From: Podarcis erhardii
Taxonomy: Eukaryota
Direction: 5' to 3' (one strand)
Assembly (NCBI GenBank): GCA_964252035.1
Contig: OZ176200.1
DNA length: 64,000 bases
Under the pieces are notes generated by a model, which saw only the letters and a program-made list of their open reading frames with translations, had not been told where the DNA came from and made no database searches. The position numbers and the translations under genes were made by a program. This document shows positions 59,501 to 64,000 of this stretch, piece after piece (the first letter of the stretch is position 1; each line of letters starts with the position of its first letter).

Positions 59501-61332
59501 TCATGTTCACCCACACTTCCCCTTGTCCCATGCCTAGAAAGCATGAGTCTCAGGAGTTTTCCACTTGCCAGACTGCTTTCCCTAGGAAAACCTGCCCTTT
59601 CCCACTGAAACAGAGCAATCAACAATTCATGGAAAATCCAGTTGACATTTGCTGTGATTCAGTTGTAAGGAGCTAGTTTCCCCAGAGGAAAGTGGTAGGA
59701 CAAGATAAGTGTGGATAGGTCCTTTCAAGTGCAAGTACACCACAGACTTATATAAAGACACTGGTGTGGATCAAGAGACTTAGTGGAGCAGACCCACTGA
59801 ATGGGGCTTATATTGGTCCGGAGGAACTTTACCCCATTGATTTGAAAGAGAATAAAGCATGATTAACTTAGTCTGGATCTAACCCATTATGACACATTGC
59901 CTATTCTATTTCCAATCCCTTTCATAACAAAACCCTAAGGTGGATTTTGCCCTTCAACTGCTGCAGCATCCTGAGTTGACCAAATCATACCAAAACATGA
60001 ACCAGTTGAATCAGCCTTGGGCAGCTTCTTCTTCTGGACCACCCACCTTTAACTCCCCCCCCCCAAAAAACCCCAACAAACTTTCCCTTAGTTGCATACA
60101 AATCTTGTGCAATTCTCCCTGAAACAGCTGTCCTGGATTCTATGCTATTTCTTCAGTATAAATGGGTAGGAGATCTTAAATAAGGCAGATTTGTAATGAT
60201 AGTGATGTAGTTCATTCCATGTAGCCTACACCAGCTGTCCTGTGGTGAAGTATTCACTGTATTTACTGATGCCCACATAGAAGATTGTAGCTGTAAGTGG
60301 AAACCATCCTGTTTCAATACACATTTGCAATTGAAGGGGAAGAGAGAGAAGTCATTAACTCAAGAACACTCTCTGTGGATGCACTGCTGAGGAAATAACT
60401 GGCTCTGGGCTTGGCTGGTTTAGTTTTCAAATAGCTACGTATTGTGCTATTTTCAGAACCTAGAGTTTGCATTCATTTTTGCTCTAGGCTCAGAAAGAAA
60501 ATGTGAATGGAACTGGTTCACTCTTGAAATTGTTCTCTATCGAAGATGCTGATAGAAGGAAAGAAGCTTTCAAACCTGTGTTTCCCTTAAAAGTATTGTC
60601 TCATTTTCGCAGAGCATTTTAGTTCCATGGATCACAATGGTATGTCCCTTATTTCAGAATACTTTGATTCCATGGAAGGCCACAGAAAAATGCTCCACCG
60701 GCACAAAGTCCTATTCTGGTACCCCTTTCTGTATGGCTGATCTCAAACATAACTGGATTTAAACTGGAACTCAGTTCATCAAAGTCAGCAAGAGTTTTGC
60801 TACTGACTTCAAAAAGCTTAATGATGCAGTGATATGGTTTTACAAATAATGTATACAATTCTCTCTTTGCCTTATTAACCTGCCAGGTTTGCTCCTTTCG
60901 ACAATCACATTTTACAAACCTCATTCGTACTAGTAAAAATCAATCAATCAGTGTCTGAGCATAAAAGATGAACCCAATTTTTAATGGCTTTTATACTGAG
61001 GCTGATCTACTTACTGATCATGGCCTATTGATCTACCAAACGATTGCCTCGGGGCACTGGGGCAGTGAATTTTATATCCCTGAAACCTGAGCATATTGTC
61101 TTTAGAATGGTGATAGGAAAATACAAGGCAAATATGTTTAAAGTCCTGATTAGATTTAATGAGGCAAAGCAAACAAAATCACTGTAAAGTCCTTCGGACC
61201 ATGGAGAAAGCAGGCACTAGCTGTTGCCCAGGGAATGAAGTTCTGTTAAAATTTCCTACCTTTTTGGCATGTTAAGGCGATCACTAGCATTGGTATCCAT
61301 AGTGGTATCCTTGCCCCCCTGCCTGTCCCCAT
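1267..61332 (-). CDS. MUC5AC: Gel-forming mucin, MUC5AC-like; 49 coding exons, 14,250 nt, ~4,749 aa (SP-D1-D2-D'-D3-[12 CysD/PTS]-D4-VWC-CK-polyQ/E tail)
   Basis: Exon chain built manually with GT-AG and phase continuity; the large exon is number 31. D4 reads [32 protein letters not shown], matching my recollection of MUC5AC rather than MUC5B or MUC2. D1 reads [20 protein letters not shown]. Orthology versus a lineage-specific MUC5 paralogue is untested. Confidence 0.85.
1282..1377 (-). repeat. Interrupted coding (CAG)n repeat: EQE-Q5-EE-Q7-EE-Q9-EE-Q2
   Basis: Direct reading of ctg/ttg/ttc/ctc triplets on the plus strand. Confidence 0.95.
1795..2225 (-). mobile_element. Non-LTR retrotransposon APE endonuclease fragment (L2/CR1-group-like; clade uncertain)
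   Basis: ORF 1791..2180 with [11 protein letters not shown]...GSVIDY and ESD(C for H) motifs; frame extends upstream as [17 protein letters not shown]. Confidence 0.75.
2448..2559 (-). CDS. MUC5AC: Exon 48: cystine knot, N-terminal half (GDCIPKN...[10 protein letters not shown])
   Basis: ORF 2444..2671; phase 1/2. Confidence 0.94.
2709..2846. mobile_element. hAT-type MITE
   Basis: Ends CAGGGCT...AGCACTG; 8-bp flanks tgtaggtc / ggtaggtc (7/8). Confidence 0.75.
3495..3546 (-). CDS. MUC5AC: Exon 47: [17 protein letters not shown]
   Basis: Manual translation; tttttcag / gtaagt; phase 0/1. Confidence 0.91.
4759..4878 (-). CDS. MUC5AC: Exon 46: [40 protein letters not shown]
   Basis: Manual translation; tttttcag / gtaagt. 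Confidence 0.92.
6325..6420 (-). CDS. MUC5AC: Exon 45: [32 protein letters not shown]
   Basis: Manual translation; aatacag / gtagct. Confidence 0.91.
6540..6662 (-). CDS. MUC5AC: Exon 44: VWC ([41 protein letters not shown])
   Basis: Manual translation; tctttag / gtaagt. Confidence 0.93.
7918..7958 (-). CDS. MUC5AC: Exon 43: [13 protein letters not shown]
   Basis: 41 nt; ttttacag / gtaagt; phase 1/0. Confidence 0.88.
9081..9185 (-). CDS. MUC5AC: Exon 42: [34 protein letters not shown]
   Basis: Manual translation; cttatatag / gtaaga. Confidence 0.92.
9814..9857. repeat. (GTAT)11 microsatellite
   Basis: Direct. Confidence 0.95.
10168..10345 (-). CDS. MUC5AC: Exon 41: VWC-like ([14 protein letters not shown]...DKCCPQMKC)
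   Basis: ORF 10142..10351; phase 0/1. Confidence 0.93.
10800..10831 (-). CDS. MUC5AC: Exon 40: (G)[10 protein letters not shown]
   Basis: 32-nt exon; tctttcag / gtaact. Confidence 0.92.
11025..11310. mobile_element. Degenerate Penelope-like element terminus
   Basis: ggtgccttaaagactaaac and gcaacagactaacatgactatccctctgga resemble reptile PLE termini (recognition only). Confidence 0.4.
11630..11733 (-). CDS. MUC5AC: Exon 39: TIL-4 ([23 protein letters not shown]); tandem CAGCAG acceptor, exon boundary 11733 or 11730
   Basis: ORF 11373..11750; phase 2/1. Confidence 0.9.
11935..12004 (-). CDS. MUC5AC: Exon 38: TIL-4 start ([22 protein letters not shown])
   Basis: ORF 11931..12134; phase 1/2. 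Confidence 0.92.
12579..12757 (-). CDS. MUC5AC: Exon 37: C8-4 ([23 protein letters not shown]...[12 protein letters not shown])
   Basis: Manual translation extending ORF 12346..12669; phase 2/1. Confidence 0.93.
13175..13271. mobile_element. 97-bp hAT-type MITE
   Basis: Perfect 11-bp TIR TAGGGTTGCCA/TGGCAACCCTA; perfect 8-bp TSD TTATAACT at 13167-13174 and 13272-13279. Confidence 0.9.
13618..13813 (-). CDS. MUC5AC: Exon 36: VWD4 end ([15 protein letters not shown]...)
   Basis: ORF 13614..13928; phase 1/2. Confidence 0.93.
14264..14447 (-). CDS. MUC5AC: Exon 35: VWD4 ([17 protein letters not shown]...FGNNTEGQC)
   Basis: Manual translation; tttacag / gtaagg. Confidence 0.93.
15393..15643 (-). 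CDS. MUC5AC: Exon 34: VWD4 start with GDPH
   Basis: ORF 15378..15674; ttatcag / gtaaaa. Confidence 0.95.
15796..15967 (-). CDS. MUC5AC: Exon 33: [16 protein letters not shown]...[10 protein letters not shown]
   Basis: ORF 15788..16000; phase 0/1. Confidence 0.93.
16191..16322. mobile_element. Palindromic hAT-like MITE (ctcccatcag...ggtcagggatg family), degenerate
   Basis: Similar to the copies at 29371 and 44937. Confidence 0.55.
17857..18077 (-). CDS. MUC5AC: Exon 32: [22 protein letters not shown]...CPDAKPPLQ
   Basis: Manual translation; ttttgtag / gtacca; phase 1/0. Confidence 0.92.
18299..25912 (-). CDS. MUC5AC: Exon 31 (7,614 nt): central PTS/CysD exon with 12 CysD domains
   Basis: ORF 18291..25940 (2,549 aa) is uninterrupted; acceptor ccctcacag, donor G|gtaagt; WxxW-containing CysD units alternate with Thr/Pro-rich spacers. 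Confidence 0.96.
18340..23880 (-). repeat. Coding tandem array of 9 near-identical CysD+PTS units; periods 534, 543, 543, 546, 540, 759, 759, 750 bp
   Basis: Marker acatataggtccac at 18675, 19209, 19752, 20295, 20841, 21381, 22140, 22899, 23649. Confidence 0.95.
27188..27418 (-). CDS. MUC5AC: Exon 30: Cys-rich segment plus first Thr-rich stretch
   Basis: ORF 27081..27425; phase 1/1. Confidence 0.92.
27520..27566 (-). CDS. MUC5AC: Exon 29: [15 protein letters not shown]
   Basis: Manual translation; ccttttag / gtatgt; phase 2/1. Confidence 0.88.
27830..28052. mobile_element. hAT/Charlie-like MITE remnant
   Basis: Repeated gtagatcac motifs; right end gggagttggccacccc; left boundary uncertain. 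Confidence 0.45.
29150..29300 (-). CDS. MUC5AC: Exon 28: TIL-3/E3 ([19 protein letters not shown]...)
   Basis: ORF 29146..29328; phase 1/2. Confidence 0.93.
29371..29507. mobile_element. Palindromic hAT-type MITE
   Basis: TIR CAGGGATG...CATCCCTG; 8-bp flanks ccataaac / ccatatct. Confidence 0.75.
30403..30531 (-). CDS. MUC5AC: Exon 27: TIL-3 ([20 protein letters not shown]...)
   Basis: Manual translation; ttttgcag / gtacaa. Confidence 0.93.
31426..31582 (-). CDS. MUC5AC: Exon 26: C8-3 ([32 protein letters not shown]...)
   Basis: Manual translation; ctaacag / gtgagt. Confidence 0.94.
32196..32435 (-). CDS. MUC5AC: Exon 25: VWD3 end and C8-3 start ([12 protein letters not shown]...)
   Basis: CGLCG motif; ctctgcag / gtatgg. 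Confidence 0.94.
33540..33630 (-). mobile_element. CR1-type 3' tail fragment
   Basis: Reverse complement resembles the CR1 tail at 54520-54615. Confidence 0.45.
33964..34146 (-). CDS. MUC5AC: Exon 24: VWD3 ([11 protein letters not shown]...[11 protein letters not shown]...)
   Basis: ORF 33955..34197; phase 0/0. Confidence 0.93.
34350..34600 (+). mobile_element. Penelope-like element terminal fragment
   Basis: tctgaagaagtgtgcatgcacac...acttagttggactctaaggtgctactggac...cagaccaacacagctac resembles reptile PLE termini. Confidence 0.55.
34709..34822 (-). CDS. MUC5AC: Exon 23: VWD3 ([24 protein letters not shown]...)
   Basis: Manual translation; ctccacag / gtaagt. Confidence 0.93.
34936..35074 (-). 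CDS. MUC5AC: Exon 22: E' end and VWD3 start ([17 protein letters not shown]...)
   Basis: Manual translation; ctgtgcag / gtataa. Confidence 0.93.
35192..35343 (-). CDS. MUC5AC: Exon 21: TIL'/E' ([19 protein letters not shown]...)
   Basis: ORF 35167..35367; phase 0/2. Confidence 0.93.
35964..36064 (-). CDS. MUC5AC: Exon 20: TIL' ([33 protein letters not shown])
   Basis: Manual translation; ctatcag / gtaagt. Confidence 0.93.
36452..36504 (-). CDS. MUC5AC: Exon 19: [17 protein letters not shown]
   Basis: Manual translation; tcttgcag / gtaagc; phase 2/1. Confidence 0.9.
36890..37180 (+). mobile_element. CR1 LINE 3' end, degenerate
   Basis: agaggattagacaaattcatggaggacaagg...ggactagg...ggtctgatccagc. 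Confidence 0.65.
37407..37659 (-). CDS. MUC5AC: Exon 18: TIL-2/E2
   Basis: ORF 37403..37648; phase 1/2. Confidence 0.93.
39253..39379 (-). CDS. MUC5AC: Exon 17: C8-2 ([31 protein letters not shown]...)
   Basis: Manual translation; ctccctag / gtaagt. Confidence 0.93.
39832..39926 (-). CDS. MUC5AC: Exon 16: C8-2 start ([21 protein letters not shown]...)
   Basis: ORF 39787..39981; phase 1/0. Confidence 0.92.
40428..40620 (+). mobile_element. Old tRNA-headed CORE/MIR-like SINE
   Basis: gagccagtgtggc head; acctcacagggttgttgtgaggataaaatgg core-like segment. Confidence 0.5.
40811..40975 (-). CDS. MUC5AC: Exon 15: VWD2 end ([32 protein letters not shown]...)
   Basis: Manual translation; ttgttccag / gtatgt. 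Confidence 0.93.
41004..41794 (-). mobile_element. L2 LINE, 5'-truncated (ORF2 C-terminus plus 3' tail), in intron 14
   Basis: Frameshifted LNPD / [11 protein letters not shown] / [30 protein letters not shown]; (TTG)n tail; 9-bp TSD actttaaat at 40995-41003 and 41795-41803. Confidence 0.9.
41890..42027 (-). CDS. MUC5AC: Exon 14: VWD2 ([26 protein letters not shown]...)
   Basis: ORF 41882..42076; phase 1/1. Confidence 0.93.
42358..42427 (-). CDS. MUC5AC: Exon 13: VWD2 ([23 protein letters not shown])
   Basis: Manual translation; tctgccag / gtaagt. Confidence 0.9.
43276..43386 (-). CDS. MUC5AC: Exon 12: VWD2 ([26 protein letters not shown]...)
   Basis: ORF 43222..43419; splice sites, phase 0/0. 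Confidence 0.93.
44111..44463 (+). mobile_element. Sauria-type SINE, full length
   Basis: tRNA-like head (ggtggtgctgtggg...ggttcgaatcccc), cctagcagtttgaaagca...gtgcaagtagataaataggtac body, (ACCTTT)n tail, CpGs retained. Confidence 0.88.
44477..44717 (+). mobile_element. Second Sauria-type SINE, 5'-truncated, different subfamily
   Basis: Same body and tail but a different central segment; bounded by taagtccaactag on both sides. Confidence 0.88.
44937..45062. mobile_element. Palindromic hAT-type MITE
   Basis: TIR (T)AGCCTTCC...GGAAGGCTG; 8-bp TSD aattaaac / aattgaac. Confidence 0.8.
45335..45473 (-). CDS. MUC5AC: Exon 11: E1 end and VWD2 start ([17 protein letters not shown]...)
   Basis: ORF 45224..45550; ctcttcag / gtaacg. 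Confidence 0.93.
46373..46490 (-). CDS. MUC5AC: Exon 10: TIL-1/E1 ([19 protein letters not shown]...)
   Basis: Manual translation; cttttag / gtaaga; phase 1/2. Confidence 0.92.
47010..47250 (-). mobile_element. tRNA-headed, L2-tailed squamate SINE (Squam3-like) with apparent B-box deletion
   Basis: Minus strand agagccagtgtggtgtagtggttaagagcgg...gggtgaccttgggccagtcac...ttagccgctttgag...(TTC)n. Confidence 0.7.
47556..47583. repeat. (GT)14 microsatellite
   Basis: Direct. Confidence 0.95.
48137..48262 (-). CDS. MUC5AC: Exon 9: TIL-1 domain
   Basis: [20 protein letters not shown]...DGCFCPP; tttcag / gtaagt. Confidence 0.93.
48485..48775 (+). mobile_element. CR1 LINE 3' end, degenerate
   Basis: aatgggcttaagctaca...gaagtctttaagcagaggctgggcaaccatctg...ggctagacggcc. 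Confidence 0.75.
48833..49049 (-). CDS. MUC5AC: Exon 8: C8-1 domain
   Basis: ORF 48819..49028 ([10 protein letters not shown]...[11 protein letters not shown]); cttccag / gtaagt. Confidence 0.93.
49270..49379 (-). CDS. MUC5AC: Exon 7: [24 protein letters not shown]...
   Basis: ORF 49237..49419; splice sites and phase 1/0. Confidence 0.92.
50066..50248 (+). mobile_element. tRNA-derived squamate SINE (Squam2-like)
   Basis: gggccatagctcagtggtagagc (A box), gttcaattcc (B box), then tgtctgaaacc...gctagatggaccaatggtataaggcagcttcctatgtt. Confidence 0.7.
50548..50638 (-). CDS. MUC5AC: Exon 6: VWD1 end ([20 protein letters not shown]...)
   Basis: CGLCG motif; ttttag / gtaagt. Confidence 0.93.
51658..51772 (-). 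CDS. MUC5AC: Exon 5: VWD1 ([38 protein letters not shown])
   Basis: Manual translation; atccccag / gtaaga; phase 2/0. Confidence 0.9.
52221..52482 (-). CDS. MUC5AC: Exon 4: start of VWD1 ([23 protein letters not shown]...)
   Basis: ORF 52217..52456; acceptor tccacag (alternative in-frame AG would start the exon at 52500); donor CA|gtaagt. Confidence 0.9.
53118..53189 (-). CDS. MUC5AC: Exon 3: [23 protein letters not shown](A)
   Basis: ttccatcag acceptor, G|gtaagt donor, 72 nt; resembles the pre-D1 segment of MUC5-type mucins. Confidence 0.85.
54520..54615 (+). mobile_element. CR1-type 3' tail fragment
   Basis: ggcatctgggtggccactgtgagaagaggatgctggactagatgggcc...ctgatccag. Confidence 0.6.
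55529..55610 (+). mobile_element. L2 3' tail fragment, same family as the copy at 41004
   Basis: aaagccgcccagagtggctgggg...cagccagatgggcggggtataaataataaattatt. Confidence 0.75.
56475..56600 (-). CDS. MUC5AC: Exon 2: Q/Y/acidic segment [41 protein letters not shown](P)
   Basis: Acceptor ttgccacag, donor C|gtaggt, 126 nt open, phase 1/1 joins exons 1 and 3. Confidence 0.75.
57070..57159 (+). mobile_element. CR1 LINE ORF2 fragment, 5' part interrupted by L1
   Basis: Encodes [25 protein letters not shown] and continues in register after 58177. Confidence 0.85.
57160..58161 (+). mobile_element. L1-clade LINE, 5'-truncated ~1 kb: ORF2 C-terminus with CCHC knuckle, 3' UTR and poly(A)
   Basis: Intact ORF 57185..57913 ([30 protein letters not shown]); poly(A) 58153-58163; 16-bp TSD aagatgggggacacct at 57144-57159 and 58162-58177. 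Confidence 0.92.
58178..58880 (+). mobile_element. CR1 LINE ORF2 C-terminus and 3' tail (remainder of host element)
   Basis: [12 protein letters not shown]; [20 protein letters not shown]; ggttggactagatgacc...tctatgattcta tail. Confidence 0.9.
59065..59500 (-). mobile_element. Degenerate CR1 fragment, reverse orientation
   Basis: gagagagggagaaaa...tccactttctcaacac...aaaaagcccc resembles reverse-complemented CR1 3' ORF2. Confidence 0.55.
61260..61332 (-). CDS. MUC5AC: Exon 1: signal peptide [24 protein letters not shown](V)
   Basis: ATG in context ccaagATGG about 70 nt below TATATAA; hydrophobic core; donor G|gtagga; phase 1 matches exon 2. Confidence 0.85.
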
Positions 61333-61401
61333 CTTGGCTGGGATTCGGCAACAGGTACCGAACGACAGGCTTCTGAGGAGGCACCTGTCTTTTGATGACT
61401 C

Positions 61402-61408
61402 TTATATA
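61402..61408 (-). promoter_or_regulatory. TATA box (TATATAA); inferred TSS near 61375
   Basis: Minus strand reads cctgcTATATAAgagtc, about 70 nt upstream of the ATG. Confidence 0.8.
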
Positions 61409-61417
61409 GCAGGAGTG

Positions 61418-61430
61418 TGGACTTTGGCTC
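61418..61430 (-). promoter_or_regulatory. HNF4-type motif GAGCCAAAGTCCA
   Basis: Exact CAAAGTCCA core about 10 bp upstream of the TATA box; motif match only. Confidence 0.5.
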
Positions 61431-61497
61431 AGTTCCCAGATTGTTTCACAAGTTTCCTAAGAGGTGGGGCTTCAGAGATTTTTTAGCAGGTGCATAG

Positions 61498-61504
61498 GTA
61501 AATA
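61498..61504 (-). promoter_or_regulatory. FOXA/forkhead-type motif TATTTAC
   Basis: Short motif match about 90 bp upstream of the TATA box. Confidence 0.3.
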
Positions 61505-61874
61505 GATGATGCTTTTTTTTTTTTACTCTGTCAGGGGCTGGCCAAGTGTATTTGCATCTGGGGAGGAGTATTAATTTTAAGGGATTTTTTTTTTCCTGTG
61601 AAGGAACTCAGGAGGAACAGGCAGTGGAGAACATCCTTCCCTTGAGGCTAATTTTCATTAAAACATTTTTGGAAGACCTGTAAAACAAATGTAATTTTGG
61701 AATCCTTAGAGGAAAGTGGTTGACTTACAATGTGTGTGTGTGTGAAAAAATTGTTCTAGGACATATCTCATGATTGCGGCTCACATAATTTCAGAAGAGG
61801 TTTTCTGTTGATTGCTGTGTTTGCTGGGAATGGCGTGATAACTCAAAATTACATGAAGATTAGCAGCCCGAAAC

Positions 61875-61909
<35 letters not shown>

Positions 61910-61912
61910 TTT
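61875..61912. repeat. (TTTA)n microsatellite, about 9.5 units
   Basis: Direct. Confidence 0.95.
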
Positions 61913-62022
61913 GCACAATTTTTGGACTACTCTTTCCATCTAGTCAGGAGTGAGTGCTAAAACTAACATTCACTGAAATAGATCATATTAAATAAAAATA
62001 AAAACAGAATAAAAATCAAAGC

Positions 62023-62260
62023 CAGGGCTGGCCCAGGACATTTTGCCGCTCCAGCCCAAATTGAAAATGCTGAATCCACCTCTTACTCCACAGCCACCAT
62101 TATTCCAAGGGAATAAAAGGAGCCAGAGAAAAGCAGGTGGTAGGTGGGTGGGCAGTGGGTGAGTGGTAGTGGATGCACAGTGGCAGCACCCATCCCAGCT
62201 GTCTGGAACCTGCCACCCTGAGGTGATGGCCTCAACACACCTCATAGCCACACAGCCCTG
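62023..62260. mobile_element. hAT-type MITE upstream of the promoter
   Basis: TIR CAGGGCTG...CAGCCCTG; 8-bp flanks atcaaagc / atcaaact. Confidence 0.7.
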
Positions 62261-64000
62261 ATCAAACTGCTTCATAGCAATAGCCAGACAACATAGGCCA
62301 TACTGAAAACCAGTAGAGATTAATGAATGGCATTGTCTTTTTAAAAGAAGTATTGAGTTTATGGTAAAACATTATTTGGGAAAATGCCCATTTCAAGCTC
62401 CACAAGTTGAAGGGTAACTGTCTGCAGTAGGGAGCACCCTGGACTCATGGTTTAGATTTAGAACCCTCATTATATGCACCTCAATTGTGTATCTCAAGTA
62501 TATGGGTGGGTACACATTTAGGAAGGCCTTTGCAAATGGAAGACATGACAACTCCTCAATCCTTAATGTGTAAACATTCACATTCCCTCAGTTTGTGTGT
62601 TATTCTGCCCAGTAACCCCTGGCAGATCAGATCTTTGCTATTGCCGAACAGGTAGTATAACTTCCCATAAATATTTAGATATACTGTATATCTATCCATA
62701 TGGTATACATAGAAATGAAAAGGGTCTCACTCACCATTTTTTCCACATAAAATTTTATGAGCCTGTTTCCCACGTTGCACAGCAGAAATATTTTACCAGC
62801 TCTGTAGCTTTACAGGAATTTATTTTAAGAAGGTACCATTGTATTCAGAACAATGTAAATGCTAGACAGTAAGCATTTTTGTAAGCAGGCCAGTGGTTTT
62901 ATTTAAAAAACTATTACCTCTACCTGCTAGGCTCTTCGATACATGGCATCTCTTGTTGCACAAAAACGAGCACTTAATTCAACAGATCTAGCCCTGTAAG
63001 TCATGTTCTTGCTGAAGGGGATTTGTTTAGGCTTGGCAAATTTGTTTGAGCTGGGAGAGGGTGGTGAGACCTTTACAAGGTGACAGAGAATGTAATGTTT
63101 CCCTTGTACACCAATCGGCAGAATAATAAATTTGCACTGTACATAAGAATAGCTCAGCAGAGACCATCAATCACCTTTTGCTTCATGAATCAAAACTCTG
63201 GGAAAAACCTATTGGCTGGATTAGGGTTACAAGAGATATTAGACAGAAAGAATGAAGCCCAAACAAATGTGGACCGTGTCACAAATTACTCAATAAATTG
63301 GATTGTCAACAAGACTCCAAATTACTGGAAGGAAGTGGATTATAATAGCAGAACAACCCAACCAAATACTTCCATGTGAACAGTGCTACTCATTTCTGAG
63401 CTGTCTTTCACTTTAACTTAAGCATTTGTGTCTGTCAGCTAGAGACATTCCAGCCAGACAGGCTGATATGCATTATATACTCTTAGTTACAGAATTTATA
63501 GATGTGAGCTCATTTACCTCAGAATCCAGTGGTAAAGCTTGGACTGAACCACTTCAGGCTGTGCAGGCAGAACTAACAGATTAGCACATAACAACTGACA
63601 ACTCTCTGATAGTCAAAATGAAAATTGGGCAGAATCCTTTACATGCTACCTATTCTGCTAATATATACTGGCAGTCTATGAGCAGTCTATGAGCAGAGAT
63701 GTGTGCAAAAACCAACCATCTTAGAATAAATAACACTAATTAAATACATCTGCATTTTTTAGTTGCATAATTTAATTTGCTGTGAAGGCAAATTATGCCA
63801 TCAGTAGATTTCTTAAATATTTGTACTGATTTCAGTCAAGGTTGAGTAACATCCTTCAGGCACAGTACACCCATGTGAAAGGTGCCATTAAAAATACCTG
63901 TTTCCATGGGCAGTCTGATTCTGTTTTTTCATAAATAATTTTTATTAATTTTCCAACACAAATATACAATTTTATCAAAATTTCCACAAATTTGGTTCTT

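Noticed and set aside
63080-63379. 99-aa plus-strand ORF upstream of the promoter
   Set aside because: No recognisable domain, splice signals or partner exons; possibly decayed TE

Overview
Vertebrate genomic DNA. The repeat content (Sauria-type SINEs, squamate tRNA-headed SINEs, CR1, L2, hAT MITEs) points to a squamate reptile, probably a lacertid-like lizard (inference). The window is almost entirely one complete gel-forming mucin gene on the minus strand, most like MUC5AC. I traced 49 coding exons by hand from ATG 61332 to TAA 1267. All introns are GT-AG and all phases match, giving 14,250 nt and about 4,749 aa. Architecture: signal peptide, VWD1-VWD2-D'-VWD3 assemblies, a 7,614-nt exon 31 with 12 CysD domains in Thr-rich PTS, VWD4 with a GDPH site, VWC repeats and a cystine knot. 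A TATA promoter with HNF4-, KLF- and FOXA-like motifs lies just upstream. The most unusual points are: Gln-rich extensions at both protein ends (a Q/Y/acidic exon 2 and an E/Q tail after the knot); a nested, recently homogenised CysD-PTS array; two different SINEs stacked at one target site with a triplicated 13-bp TSD; an L1 3' fragment nested in a CR1; and a sense L2 inserted 28 nt from a splice acceptor. No database searches were run, so family names come from motif recognition only.
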